Positions 9,704 through 18,047 of a stretch of 64,000 bases of DNA are shown here, piece after piece; position 1 is the first letter of the stretch, and each line of letters starts with the position of its first letter. Location: the IMG/VR virus record IMGVR_UViG_3300034137_000024, positions 17,491 through 81,490 of that record; one strand, 5' to 3'. The DNA comes from a virus. The translations under genes and the position numbers were made by a program. The notes below the pieces were generated by a model. It was not told the origin of the DNA and did not search any database. It saw only the letters and a program-made list of their open reading frames with translations.

Positions 9704-11284
9704 TTAGTTGCCTCCAGAGGCTTTGGAATGTGTGTCGTAGAAAAATTCTGAGGGCCACGACAACGGCCAACCCTGCTGGGCGGCGACGGCCTCCAGCTGG
9801 GTCAGGGTCATGGCTTCGAGTTCGGTGAGCGAAGGCTCGGGGGGGCGCTTGCGATACTTGTCGCGGGTCCGCTGCTTGGCTTCCCAGGCATTTCGTGCCC
9901 AGCCCGCACTGTAGCCACGCTCGGCGGCGATCTTTTCGAGTTCCGGCAAGGATCGAGCGGTCCGGACCTCTTTCTGTTTCTGGCGCTTCATTGCGGCGAT
10001 CATTTCCGGCGTGATGCGCTCGAGCACCCCGTCCTCTACTTCGATCTTGCGCTGCTTGGCCTCGACGACCTTGCCGCAGTGCGGGCACATCGGCGCCGGC
10101 GCGAACATGCCGAAACAGCCCAGGCATTGCGCGATGTCCACCCGATCGGCGTCGCGTGCTTTCTTCTGGCCTGGCGCCTTCACTTCCCCGTCTTCCAGGG
10201 ACCACTCGCGGTCCTCGTCGGCAAGGCCGTGCTTAAAGGTCAGGCCGCAGTGGTCCAGGACGTAGCAGCAGGTTTTGACGTTGCCAAACGGGTCGGTGTA
10301 TATCCGCAGCCCGCGACCGATCACCTGCAGGTAAGACGACAGGGACATGGTCGGGCGCAGCAGCAGGATGGCGCCAATCGCGGGGCAGTCGACGCCTTCG
10401 ATCAGGATGCCGACAAAGGTGATGACCTTGATTTGCCCGGTTTCCAGCGCCTTGAGCGCCTTGTCCCGGTAGTCGGAGTCGTGCTCGCCGCAGAGCATGA
10501 TCGCCGGTACGCCTGCCGCGTTGAATTCGGCCGCAACATTCGTGGCATGGCCGATGCTGACGCACCAGGCAACTGCCGGCACGCCGTCGCAGATTTTGCG
10601 GTACATCTTGACCGCGTCGCCGGTAATGGTTGGCTTGTCCAGGGCGGCCGCCAGGTCCTGGGTGTTGTAGTCACCTGCCGTCTTGCGCACGCCCGACAGA
10701 TCCAGGCGATTCGCCGGCGCGTAGACCACGGGCCTGACCAGAAACCCACGGTCGATGAGCTGGCTAATAGAGATGCCCTGCACCATCGCGTCGTAGATAC
10801 CGCCGGCCACGCGGCCGAGGGGCTTGTTATCCAGGCGGCAGGGACTGCCCGTCACGCCCAAGACGCGTGCCTTGGGGTAGAAGTCCATGATCTTGCGATA
10901 GGTCGCGGCGGCGGAAAGGTGCGCCTCGTCGATAACGATGAGGTCGGGTACGAATGACATTTTCGCCATTCGCCGAACAACCGTCTGGATCGAGCCGACC
11001 TGAACCCGTGCGCGGAGGTTCGGCGTAAAGCCGGGCATGATGATGCCGTGCGCAACGTCGTAGTCGCGCAGCTTGTGGCTCGCCTGTTTGATCAGCTGGT
11101 CCCGGTGCGCAAGGATCAGGACTTTACTGCCCTTCTCCGCAGCACTGCGGGCGATGTAGCTGAAGATAACCGTCTTGCCAGCGCCCGTCGCCAATACAAT
11201 GAGGACGTAACGCTTGCCCTGCCTGAACTCCATCCGGACGCTTACAACAGCGTCCTCCTGATAGTCCCGTAAAGAAAAAGCCAT
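9704..11284 (-). CDS. SF2 DEAH-box helicase with zinc ribbon
   Basis: ATGAGKT, DEAH, QVIGRGLR, C-terminal CxxC...CPHCG. Confidence 0.92.
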   Translation of the reverse strand: MAFSLRDYQEDAVVSVRMEFRQGKRYVLIVLATGAGKTVIFSYIARSAAEKGSKVLILAHRDQLIKQASHKLRDYDVAHGIIMPGFTPNLRARVQVGSIQTVVRRMAKMSFVPDLIVIDEAHLSAAATYRKIMDFYPKARVLGVTGSPCRLDNKPLGRVAGGIYDAMVQGISISQLIDRGFLVRPVVYAPANRLDLSGVRKTAGDYNTQDLAAALDKPTITGDAVKMYRKICDGVPAVAWCVSIGHATNVAAEFNAAGVPAIMLCGEHDSDYRDKALKALETGQIKVITFVGILIEGVDCPAIGAILLLRPTMSLSSYLQVIGRGLRIYTDPFGNVKTCCYVLDHCGLTFKHGLADEDREWSLEDGEVKAPGQKKARDADRVDIAQCLGCFGMFAPAPMCPHCGKVVEAKQRKIEVEDGVLERITPEMIAAMKRQKQKEVRTARSLPELEKIAAERGYSAGWARNAWEAKQRTRDKYRKRPPEPSLTELEAMTLTQLEAVAAQQGWPLSWPSEFFYDTHSKASGGN

Positions 11285-11325
11285 TGGGTACCGATCGCCA
11301 TGGAATCGGCCCCGCTGGCTCTACA

Positions 11326-11583
11326 TCAGTCGGCGCCGAGTTCTCGTTTTAACTTGTCTTCTTTTGCGGCGACCCACGCAGTCATCTGGTCCAGCTTTGC
11401 GATGGTTGCTGGCACTTCTTCACGCCAACGGTCCGGGGTCGCCCGACCAATCTTGGTGTCACGACAAATGTCCGTGAGGGTCAGGCCCATGCGCTCGGCA
11501 CGGCGCTGGATGTCATCAAGGCGAGCAATAAAGAGCTCGTACATGGAGGGAGGCTGTGGCTGGTTGCGACGGCGGGATGGCAT
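11326..11583 (-). CDS. Cro-like HTH regulator
   Basis: LTLTDICRDTKIGRATPDRW; heads the leftward operon at a divergent AT-rich spacer. Confidence 0.7.
   Translation of the reverse strand: MPSRRRNQPQPPSMYELFIARLDDIQRRAERMGLTLTDICRDTKIGRATPDRWREEVPATIAKLDQMTAWVAAKEDKLKRELGAD
11450..11465 (-). promoter_or_regulatory. Late-type promoter motif GTCGTGAC-AC-CAAGAT inside the Cro-like gene
   Basis: Exact consensus match; points to the helicase/SSB/primase operon. Confidence 0.45.
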
Positions 11584-11752
11584 AAGGGTTATCTCAAACG
11601 GGTGATTTCCCGGGCAGCTTATAGCATCAGGGCATCACCATCCATATTTGAGTAATTACACGATTCATATTTGATCAAAACCAATATTATCCGTTATAGC
11701 CCTAGAAATTACTTGACCGCATAACATTTACGATTAGCATTACACATCATAA
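11584..11752. promoter_or_regulatory. Divergent early control region with two (T/C)CATATTTGA boxes
   Basis: AT-rich; boxes at 11642-11651 and 11665-11674. Confidence 0.65.
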
Positions 11753-12742
11753 ATGAGTAATTACGAAGGGCACCACCGCATGCAAAGCGAGACGCTGCAC
11801 GGCCTGGTTGAGAACACCAACGAGGACTACCACGCGGGTCCAGGCATATCGAAATCCAAGCTGGACACCATCCGTGTCAGCGGCCTGAATTTCTGGGATC
11901 AGTACCTGAACCCCGATCGCGAGGAAAGGGAATACAAACATTGCTTTGCGGTGGGTGACGGCACCCACAAGCTGATCCTCGAGCCCGGCTCGTTCGAGGA
12001 AAGCTATGCGGTTGGCTTCGACAAGTCTGCGTACCCCGATGCCCTCGACACTGTGGCCGACCTGAAAAAAGAGCTGGCAGCCCGAGGCTTGGCTGTTAGC
12101 GGCGCAAAGCCGGAGCTGATCGAACGGCTGATTGAGGAAGGCGAGTATCCCCGCGACAAGGTTCTGGTGCTGCTTGAGCAGGCACACAACAAGGGCATGG
12201 CCGGCAAGACACCAATGCCGGCGGCGGACTACCGGAACATGCTCGCCATGCTTCGAGCGGTCAGCAACCACCACACCGCTGGGGGGCTGATTCGCGGCGC
12301 CTACGCCGAAAAGTCGTTCTACGTGACTGACCCGAACGGCGTCCTGCGTAAGTGCCGCCTCGATCTGTTGACCGCCTGCGGCAATGTTATCGGCGACATC
12401 AAGACCACCGAGGACGTGAGCAAGGAAGGTTTCGGCAAGACCATCGCCCAGCGCCGGTACCACGTACAAGCCGCGTGGTACTTGGACATCCTGAAGATGC
12501 TCTATGGCGATGAGGCCCCGACGCAGTTTGCGTTTATCGCCTGCCAGAAACGGCGCCCGTTCGACGTGGCTGTTCATTTCGCCACCGAAGAACAGATCGC
12601 ACTCGGCCGGATGCTCTATCAGGAAGACCTCGCTCGATTGGCTGAATGCCAGCGCACCGGCATCTGGCACGGCGTCGATGGCGGCAAGGTGATTGCCGCC
12701 GAACTGCCCTACTGGGAAATGCGCCGCCTCGAAGCCGCGTAA
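11753..12742 (+). CDS. RecE/exonuclease VIII-like PD-(D/E)xK nuclease with inserted SAP domain
   Basis: YHAGPGISKS.LD, KCRLD, DIKTT, YHVQAAWY; TVADLKKELAARGLAVSGAKPELIERL. Confidence 0.85.
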   Translation: MSNYEGHHRMQSETLHGLVENTNEDYHAGPGISKSKLDTIRVSGLNFWDQYLNPDREEREYKHCFAVGDGTHKLILEPGSFEESYAVGFDKSAYPDALDTVADLKKELAARGLAVSGAKPELIERLIEEGEYPRDKVLVLLEQAHNKGMAGKTPMPAADYRNMLAMLRAVSNHHTAGGLIRGAYAEKSFYVTDPNGVLRKCRLDLLTACGNVIGDIKTTEDVSKEGFGKTIAQRRYHVQAAWYLDILKMLYGDEAPTQFAFIACQKRRPFDVAVHFATEEQIALGRMLYQEDLARLAECQRTGIWHGVDGGKVIAAELPYWEMRRLEAA

Positions 12743-12801
12743 CCACCACGAATTCCAATTTTGCCCGTCCACAGGGCGGGCGTACGCCACATGAGGCACC
12801 C

Positions 12802-13848
12802 ATGAGCAATTCAGCACTTCAACATTACGAACAGCAGGCGAATCAGGGCCTGTCCCTGCGCGCACCTAATCAACTGGCAAACGGCGTCAACGGCGGCGCC
12901 GTAGCGATCGAGCAGGAACGTGCCATCGCAGAGGCGCAGGGCCAGCTGATCCTCGCCAAGCGCTTCCCACGCGAGATGAACTCGGCCTATGCCGAGCTGA
13001 TGGCTGCTTGTAAGAGCCGCGCCTTTGCCGAAGTGGCTTTCTATGCGGTACCGAATCGGGGCAGCGGCCCGACCATTCGTTTCGCTGAGGAAGTCGCCCG
13101 CGTGTTCGGCAACATGCAGTATGGCCACCGCGAACTCTCCCGCGACGACGGCAAGTCGGAAGTCGAGGTGTACGCCTGGGACATGGAAAAGAACAACCGT
13201 GTCACCCGCCAGATCACCGTCAAGCACGTCCGCGACACCAAAGGCGGTGGCGTTCCGCTGCGAGACGAAGCCGACATCGACAACAAGATCGCCAACGTGG
13301 CCAGCAAGCAGATGCGCGGCCGGATCCTGGCATTGATGCCCAAGTGGTTCGTCGAGGAAGCCGTCCAGGAGTGCAAAAAGACTCTGGCCGGTAATAACGA
13401 CGAGCCTATCGACGTTCGCATCCGCAAGATGACTCAGGTTTTCGCCAAGTTCGGCGTGAAAGTCGAGCACTTGGAGCGCTACCTCGGCCACAAGATGGAC
13501 GAAACCCTGCCCGATGAAATCGCTGAACTGACCGGCGTGTTCAACGCCCTGAAGGATGGCGCCAAAGCGTCTGAATTCTTCGGCAACCTCGACGCAGAGG
13601 CCAAGGCCGAACGCAACGAGCAGGCCGCAGAGGTCGTCGCGCAGGCTTCCAAAGCCGCACCACGCGCACGCCGCAGCGCCGTGGTTACGGACCTGCAGCA
13701 GGCGCGCCAAGAACGCCAGCCTGCCGATCAGCAGCCAGCCCCCGAGCCAGATCCGGCGCCGGAACCTGATCAGGTTGATCAAGCTGACCCAGCACTTGCC
13801 GATGTAGATGATTCGTCTACGAACGGTACCCAACCCGATATATTCTAA
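12802..13848 (+). CDS. Putative single-strand annealing recombinase
   Basis: Directly after the exonuclease; GPTIRFAEEVAR.FGN.QYG; acidic PDIF tail like SSB. Confidence 0.6.
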   Translation: MSNSALQHYEQQANQGLSLRAPNQLANGVNGGAVAIEQERAIAEAQGQLILAKRFPREMNSAYAELMAACKSRAFAEVAFYAVPNRGSGPTIRFAEEVARVFGNMQYGHRELSRDDGKSEVEVYAWDMEKNNRVTRQITVKHVRDTKGGGVPLRDEADIDNKIANVASKQMRGRILALMPKWFVEEAVQECKKTLAGNNDEPIDVRIRKMTQVFAKFGVKVEHLERYLGHKMDETLPDEIAELTGVFNALKDGAKASEFFGNLDAEAKAERNEQAAEVVAQASKAAPRARRSAVVTDLQQARQERQPADQQPAPEPDPAPEPDQVDQADPALADVDDSSTNGTQPDIF

Positions 13849-13908
13849 CCCCCTGTCGCAGGCCTGCCCTGACGGGGGAGGCTTTGGCCCCTACATGGAG
13901 AAACACTG

Positions 13909-14190
13909 ATGTTAAGCAAGAGCAGCATGATCAATGACCTGGCTGAACGTACCGGCGAAAGCAAATCCGCCTGCGAGCGAATGCTGAACGCGCTGGTCGA
14001 GCAGATCACGGAAGAACTCAAGGAAGGCCGAGAGATCACCCTGCACGGCGTTGGCAAGCTACAGCCGGTCGAGCGCGCAGCGCGCAATGGCCGCAATCCG
14101 CAGGACTTGTCGGTTATTCACATCCCGGCCAAGAAGGGCGTGCGCTTCAAGCTGACCAAAGTCCTCGACGACAAGCTCAACGGCCGCTAA
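13909..14190 (+). CDS. HU-family DNA-binding protein
   Basis: ITLHGVGKL...RAARNGRNPQ...IPAK..V.FK. Confidence 0.92.
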   Translation: MLSKSSMINDLAERTGESKSACERMLNALVEQITEELKEGREITLHGVGKLQPVERAARNGRNPQDLSVIHIPAKKGVRFKLTKVLDDKLNGR

Positions 14191-14214
14191 TCGTCCGGGC
14201 AGCACCATTGCGAC

Positions 14215-14239
14215 GAAACCGGCCTTGTGCCGGTTTTTC
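14215..14239 (+). terminator. Rho-independent terminator
   Basis: AAACCGG-ccttgtg-CCGGTTT followed by Ts. Confidence 0.6.
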
Positions 14240-14279
14240 GTTTAAAGTTCAAAGAGGCGAACACGGTGCGGAGACGGCT

Positions 14280-14615
14280 ATGGCAAATGACCAGACGTTG
14301 TACCTCGATCTGAGAGCGGCACGGGCTCGCGTCGACGGCCAGACCCAGTACGGCCACGGTGAATTCACCGATGGAGAGGCTGCGGCGCTTGGCCGGCTGT
14401 TGAAACGTCTGGTCTTCCCCGATTATCGGAGGAATGCGAAAGACGATGCGGAGGCGTATCTGATGGGTTCGGCGATGAGCAAGCTGCGCCACCTGTTAGC
14501 CGACGCAGGAATCACGCAGGGCGCTCTGCTGGGCACGACGACACCTGCACCGGCTCCCCGCCGGCGACTCGGCCCGCCAGGTCAGACCGGCGATCTGTTC
14601 CAGGACTTCAACTGA
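14280..14615 (+). CDS. Hypothetical protein
   Basis: SD-like GGAG upstream; MANDQTLYLDL... Confidence 0.6.
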   Translation: MANDQTLYLDLRAARARVDGQTQYGHGEFTDGEAAALGRLLKRLVFPDYRRNAKDDAEAYLMGSAMSKLRHLLADAGITQGALLGTTTPAPAPRRRLGPPGQTGDLFQDFN

Positions 14616-14655
14616 CCACAACCATTTCGTTCGCAGTGCTCACTGTGCCAGACTA

Positions 14656-14671
14656 CTGTACACCCATACAG
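14656..14671. promoter_or_regulatory. LexA (SOS) box
   Basis: CTGT-ACACCCAT-ACAG matches CTGT-N8-ACAG, 13 nt before ATG 14685. Confidence 0.75.
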
Positions 14672-14684
14672 CTAGGTGCACGCC

Positions 14685-14936
14685 ATGGCCCGCGAACTCC
14701 CCCCGTTTCGACCGATTTTAATAGCCGATCTTCGCAGAATCTGGTCCGAACATCCTGACCCGGATATCCGGCGTTTAACGCTAGAGGTGGAACATTATCG
14801 CCGCATGATGGCTGAGATTGACCGGCTGTACATGACGGTGCATCAGGCTTGGCGCGAGAACGTCGGCGGCAATCTCGTCGCGCTCCATATGCTGCAAACG
14901 GTGCTTTTCAAAGAACGCCAGCGCCTGGCGCGTTGA
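14685..14936 (+). CDS. Small, probably SOS-regulated protein
   Basis: MARELPPFRP...; LexA box upstream. Confidence 0.75.
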   Translation: MARELPPFRPILIADLRRIWSEHPDPDIRRLTLEVEHYRRMMAEIDRLYMTVHQAWRENVGGNLVALHMLQTVLFKERQRLAR

Positions 14937-15212
14937 TGTGACCAAAAAGCGGTATCGCGCACCGCATACGGGTTTTTCGGGAAATTCCGAATAACCCTCC
15001 CCGCCTACCGGATTCTCCGGTAACTGACATGCCGTTACCCTCGGTTCCTCCGCTGGCCAAGACCGCTATAATCTGGCTACAAGCAGTGATGTACATTGCT
15101 CATATTTGATTAACAACCATTGCAATCACTGGGCGTTATAGGGATTATGAAGCAACACGACGAGGCTGGCAGCGTCCAGAAGCTGCGCCCGAAACGACTT
15201 TGAGGAGTCACC

Positions 15213-16379
15213 ATGCCGAAATTGACGAAAACCGCCGTAGACAATGCCCAGCCACCAGCCAGCGGCGACGCCTGGCTCTGGGACAGCGAGCTGGAAGGTT
15301 TCGGCGTGCGAATCATTGCATCGGGCCGCAAGACCTACGTTGTCCGGTACCGAACCAAGGCCGGCAATACCCAGCGCAAAATGACGGTCGCCCGCTGCTC
15401 GGATGTACCGCCAGAGAAGGCTCGCGAACTGGCACGCAAGGTGTTTTCCTTGGTCGCCCAAGGCTTCGACCCGGTAGGCGACAAGCGCATCAAGAAGGAA
15501 TGCCCAACGGTCCAGCAGCTTTGCACGAAGTACATGAAGGAACACGCCAAGCCGTTCAAAAAGAAGCGCAGCGTCGAGCTGGACGAAAAGAACTGGCGCC
15601 TGCACATCCTGCCAGTGCTTGGTGCCGCCGAGGTGGCCGAAGTGAAGCGCTCGGACATTCTCAGCCTGCACGGCAGCCTCGCAGACACACCCGCAACAGC
15701 CAATCAGGTCCTTGCCCTGCTCTCCAAAGCGTTCAACCTTTCCGAGGACTGGGAGTGGCGACCACGCAACTCGAACCCTTGCCACAAAATCAAGAAATAC
15801 GACCTGCAGGAACGCGAAACCATCCTGAGTCTTGCCGACATCAAGCGGCTGTACCAAACGCTGAATGACCTGCTGCAGGAAGGCAAGATTTTGCCCCAGA
15901 TGTACGACTTGATACGCCTGCTGATGCTCACGGGCTGCCGCCTGCGAGAGATCATGAGCGCCAAGCGAAGCTGGGTAGACTTGGAGCGGGCGCTGCTGTT
16001 GCTACCCGACTCCAAGGTGGGCCAGCGCAAAATCTCCCTGCCGGACATTTGCATGACGATCATTGCGGAAATGCCGGACAGCGAATGGCTGATCCCCAAC
16101 CGCACCAACGACGGCCCGCTGGCCGACCCTTACCGCCAATGGAAAGCGATCAAGGTCGCGGCCGGGCTGCCGCTAGAAATGCGGATACACGACCTACGCC
16201 ACACTGCTGGCAGCCTCGCGCATATGGCGGGCATGTCTCAGAAGCAGATCGCGATTCTCCTCGGACACGCCCAGCTTTCTACCACGGCCCGCTACCTGCA
16301 CGGCGCCGCAGGCGACCACGCGGTGGTTGCCACCAAACTGGGGGATGTTATTACCGGGGCTTGGAGCAACGCCGCCTAA
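15213..16379 (+). CDS. int: Tyrosine integrase with N-terminal arm-binding domain
   Basis: WD.ELEGFGVR arm domain; LTGCR..EI, RIHDLRHT, LGH, TTARY; SD GAGGAG. Confidence 0.95.
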   Translation: MPKLTKTAVDNAQPPASGDAWLWDSELEGFGVRIIASGRKTYVVRYRTKAGNTQRKMTVARCSDVPPEKARELARKVFSLVAQGFDPVGDKRIKKECPTVQQLCTKYMKEHAKPFKKKRSVELDEKNWRLHILPVLGAAEVAEVKRSDILSLHGSLADTPATANQVLALLSKAFNLSEDWEWRPRNSNPCHKIKKYDLQERETILSLADIKRLYQTLNDLLQEGKILPQMYDLIRLLMLTGCRLREIMSAKRSWVDLERALLLLPDSKVGQRKISLPDICMTIIAEMPDSEWLIPNRTNDGPLADPYRQWKAIKVAAGLPLEMRIHDLRHTAGSLAHMAGMSQKQIAILLGHAQLSTTARYLHGAAGDHAVVATKLGDVITGAWSNAA

Positions 16380-16395
16380 GTCGTGATGGAAGACT
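16380..16395 (+). promoter_or_regulatory. Late-type promoter motif variant GTCGTGAT-GG-AAGACT
   Basis: One mismatch; intergenic, upstream of the TraR-like gene. Confidence 0.5.
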
Positions 16396-16450
16396 TCGAT
16401 GGATTGGGCGCTGATGTACAGCGCCCTTTTCCATATCGGAGCAAAACACA

Positions 16451-16684
16451 TTGTCGACGGAAGAACAGGCTCAGGTACTTGAGCTCAAAGAATGGGAACG
16501 AATCAACCAGAGTCGCGGAGAGGTGGTGAAGTACTCCCCCGGTGATGAGGGATACGGCCCGGAATATTGCAGCGAAGACGAATGCGGGGTCGAAATGCCG
16601 ACCCCGCGTCGAGAGTGGGGCTTTGCTATTTGCGTGGGCTGTCAGACGCTTGTGGAGCAACAGCAGGCGCAGTATCGGCGCTGA
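16451..16684 (+). CDS. TraR/DksA C4 zinc-finger protein
   Basis: EEQAQ..E..E, C....CG..MP..RR.....CVGCQ; SD GGAG, TTG start. Confidence 0.8.
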   Translation: MSTEEQAQVLELKEWERINQSRGEVVKYSPGDEGYGPEYCSEDECGVEMPTPRREWGFAICVGCQTLVEQQQAQYRR

Positions 16685-16961
16685 TACGGCAGCCAGTGGA
16701 GGCCACCTCCCACGCAATACCGTACTGCTCGGCCTTTTCAAAATCGGAAGCCAGAATCTGGGCCTGTACGGCGTCAGATTCTGGCTTTTCGCCTTTCCCG
16801 AACGCATAAGCAGGCTTGGCCGGCACGACAACACATGGTTCTTTGACCTTGACCTCAACGGTCACTGTCTTGATCGGCTGCACGACCGCCGTGCTCGAGC
16901 AGCCAGACAGCAGGATCGCCAGCACCGCACCGGCACCGACTCCAATCATCAATCGTTTCAT
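16626..16961 (-). CDS. o-spanin lipoprotein (Rz1-like)
   Basis: Lipobox LSGC, Pro-rich, follows the i-spanin. Confidence 0.8.
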   Translation of the reverse strand: MKRLMIGVGAGAVLAILLSGCSSTAVVQPIKTVTVEVKVKEPCVVVPAKPAYAFGKGEKPESDAVQAQILASDFEKAEQYGIAWEVASTGCRISADTAPAVAPQASDSPRK

Positions 16962-17371
16962 CGGCGAAGCTCCCAATAGCTGCTCAAGACCTGTTTACAA
17001 CTGGTGGCCGTCTTGAGCGATTCGCTCAGTTTCATGAGCCGGGACGTGCTCTGCTGGGCCAGCAGCGCGGCTTGGTCTTCGGCGACCTGTTTAGCGGCCT
17101 GCGCCGCTTCCGTCTTTGCTTTAGCAACCTCGACCGCTGTGTTCTGCGTGGCAATGCCAAGCTCCAGCTGGTGCGCGTTGTCCTTGACGGCGCCGATCTG
17201 GACCGTCAGCGCGGAAAGCTGCGATTCGTACAGCGCAGTGCTGCGCCAGGCTTGAACCTTGGCACCAGCGAATGCTGCTGCGAGCAGCACCAGGAGCACG
17301 GCCGCGGCAATGAGGATGTACTTGATCGGGTCCGTCAGGGCCGACAAGTAGGTTTTCAGAATGCTGATCAT
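16958..17371 (-). CDS. i-spanin (Rz-like)
   Basis: N-terminal TM helix then Ala-rich coiled coil, C-terminal Cys. Confidence 0.75.
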   Translation of the reverse strand: MISILKTYLSALTDPIKYILIAAAVLLVLLAAAFAGAKVQAWRSTALYESQLSALTVQIGAVKDNAHQLELGIATQNTAVEVAKAKTEAAQAAKQVAEDQAALLAQQSTSRLMKLSESLKTATSCKQVLSSYWELRR

Positions 17372-17829
17372 TGGGTAATCCAAAGGTGCAGGAAGGGGTA
17401 AGTTGCGGATTCGTTGCGACCGACCAGGTTGTTCTGGAAGCTGATCCGGTTAACAAAGGTGTATTGCCCAGGCGGGAGCGGTGGCACGGTGAAGCCGTAG
17501 CCGGTCTGGGCGCAGCCGCCGTCGATCTGGGACATGCTCACCGGCAAGGGAAAAACGAACCCCTTTGCGCTTTGCAACTCCGGGTAGCTGACCAAGACCT
17601 GGCTGTGGGTCGAGCAGGCTTTCCGATACACCACCGCCAAGTCGCCTGGGCGGAATTCCGATCGCGCCTGGCCCCCACCGTCGAACATGCCGACGTTGTT
17701 GATCGTCAGGGGGTTCCCGCCGGCGATGACCGACCAGCCAATGGCAATCTGGCCCAGGTAGATCGCCACCAGGTACAGAAGCGCCCAGACAAAGGCCCGA
17801 TTGTGCAGGTTCGATCGGAACGTCTTCAT
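17368..17829 (-). CDS. Membrane-anchored periplasmic protein in the lysis cassette
   Basis: N-terminal TM then beta-rich domain with two Cys. Confidence 0.7.
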   Translation of the reverse strand: MKTFRSNLHNRAFVWALLYLVAIYLGQIAIGWSVIAGGNPLTINNVGMFDGGGQARSEFRPGDLAVVYRKACSTHSQVLVSYPELQSAKGFVFPLPVSMSQIDGGCAQTGYGFTVPPLPPGQYTFVNRISFQNNLVGRNESATYPFLHLWITQ

Positions 17830-18047
17830 TTGACGAATACCTTGCTCATAACGGTGCCCAGCACAGAGGCACCCACGGCCGACATCAGTCCGTAAACGAT
17901 CATTTTGATCGGGGCAAACTCGGCCTTAGTGACCAGCAGCTCTATCGTCTTCTGCATGGCTGCCATTTGCTCCTGCAGGCGCACCACCTCCATTTCGGTC
18001 TCGCGCACTACTTCCTCTAGTCGGCGGTTCGGTCGTTCAATTTGCAT
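17826..18047 (-). CDS. Small coiled-coil plus C-terminal TM protein (holin/antiholin candidate)
   Basis: IVYGLMSAVGASVLGTVM TM segment. Confidence 0.65.
   Translation of the reverse strand: MQIERPNRRLEEVVRETEMEVVRLQEQMAAMQKTIELLVTKAEFAPIKMIVYGLMSAVGASVLGTVMSKVFVK

Noticed and set aside
15040-15062. GGTTCCTCCGCTGGCCA as a possible tRNA-derived att core
   Set aside because: No T-loop (TTCGA) or acceptor stem; resemblance too weak.
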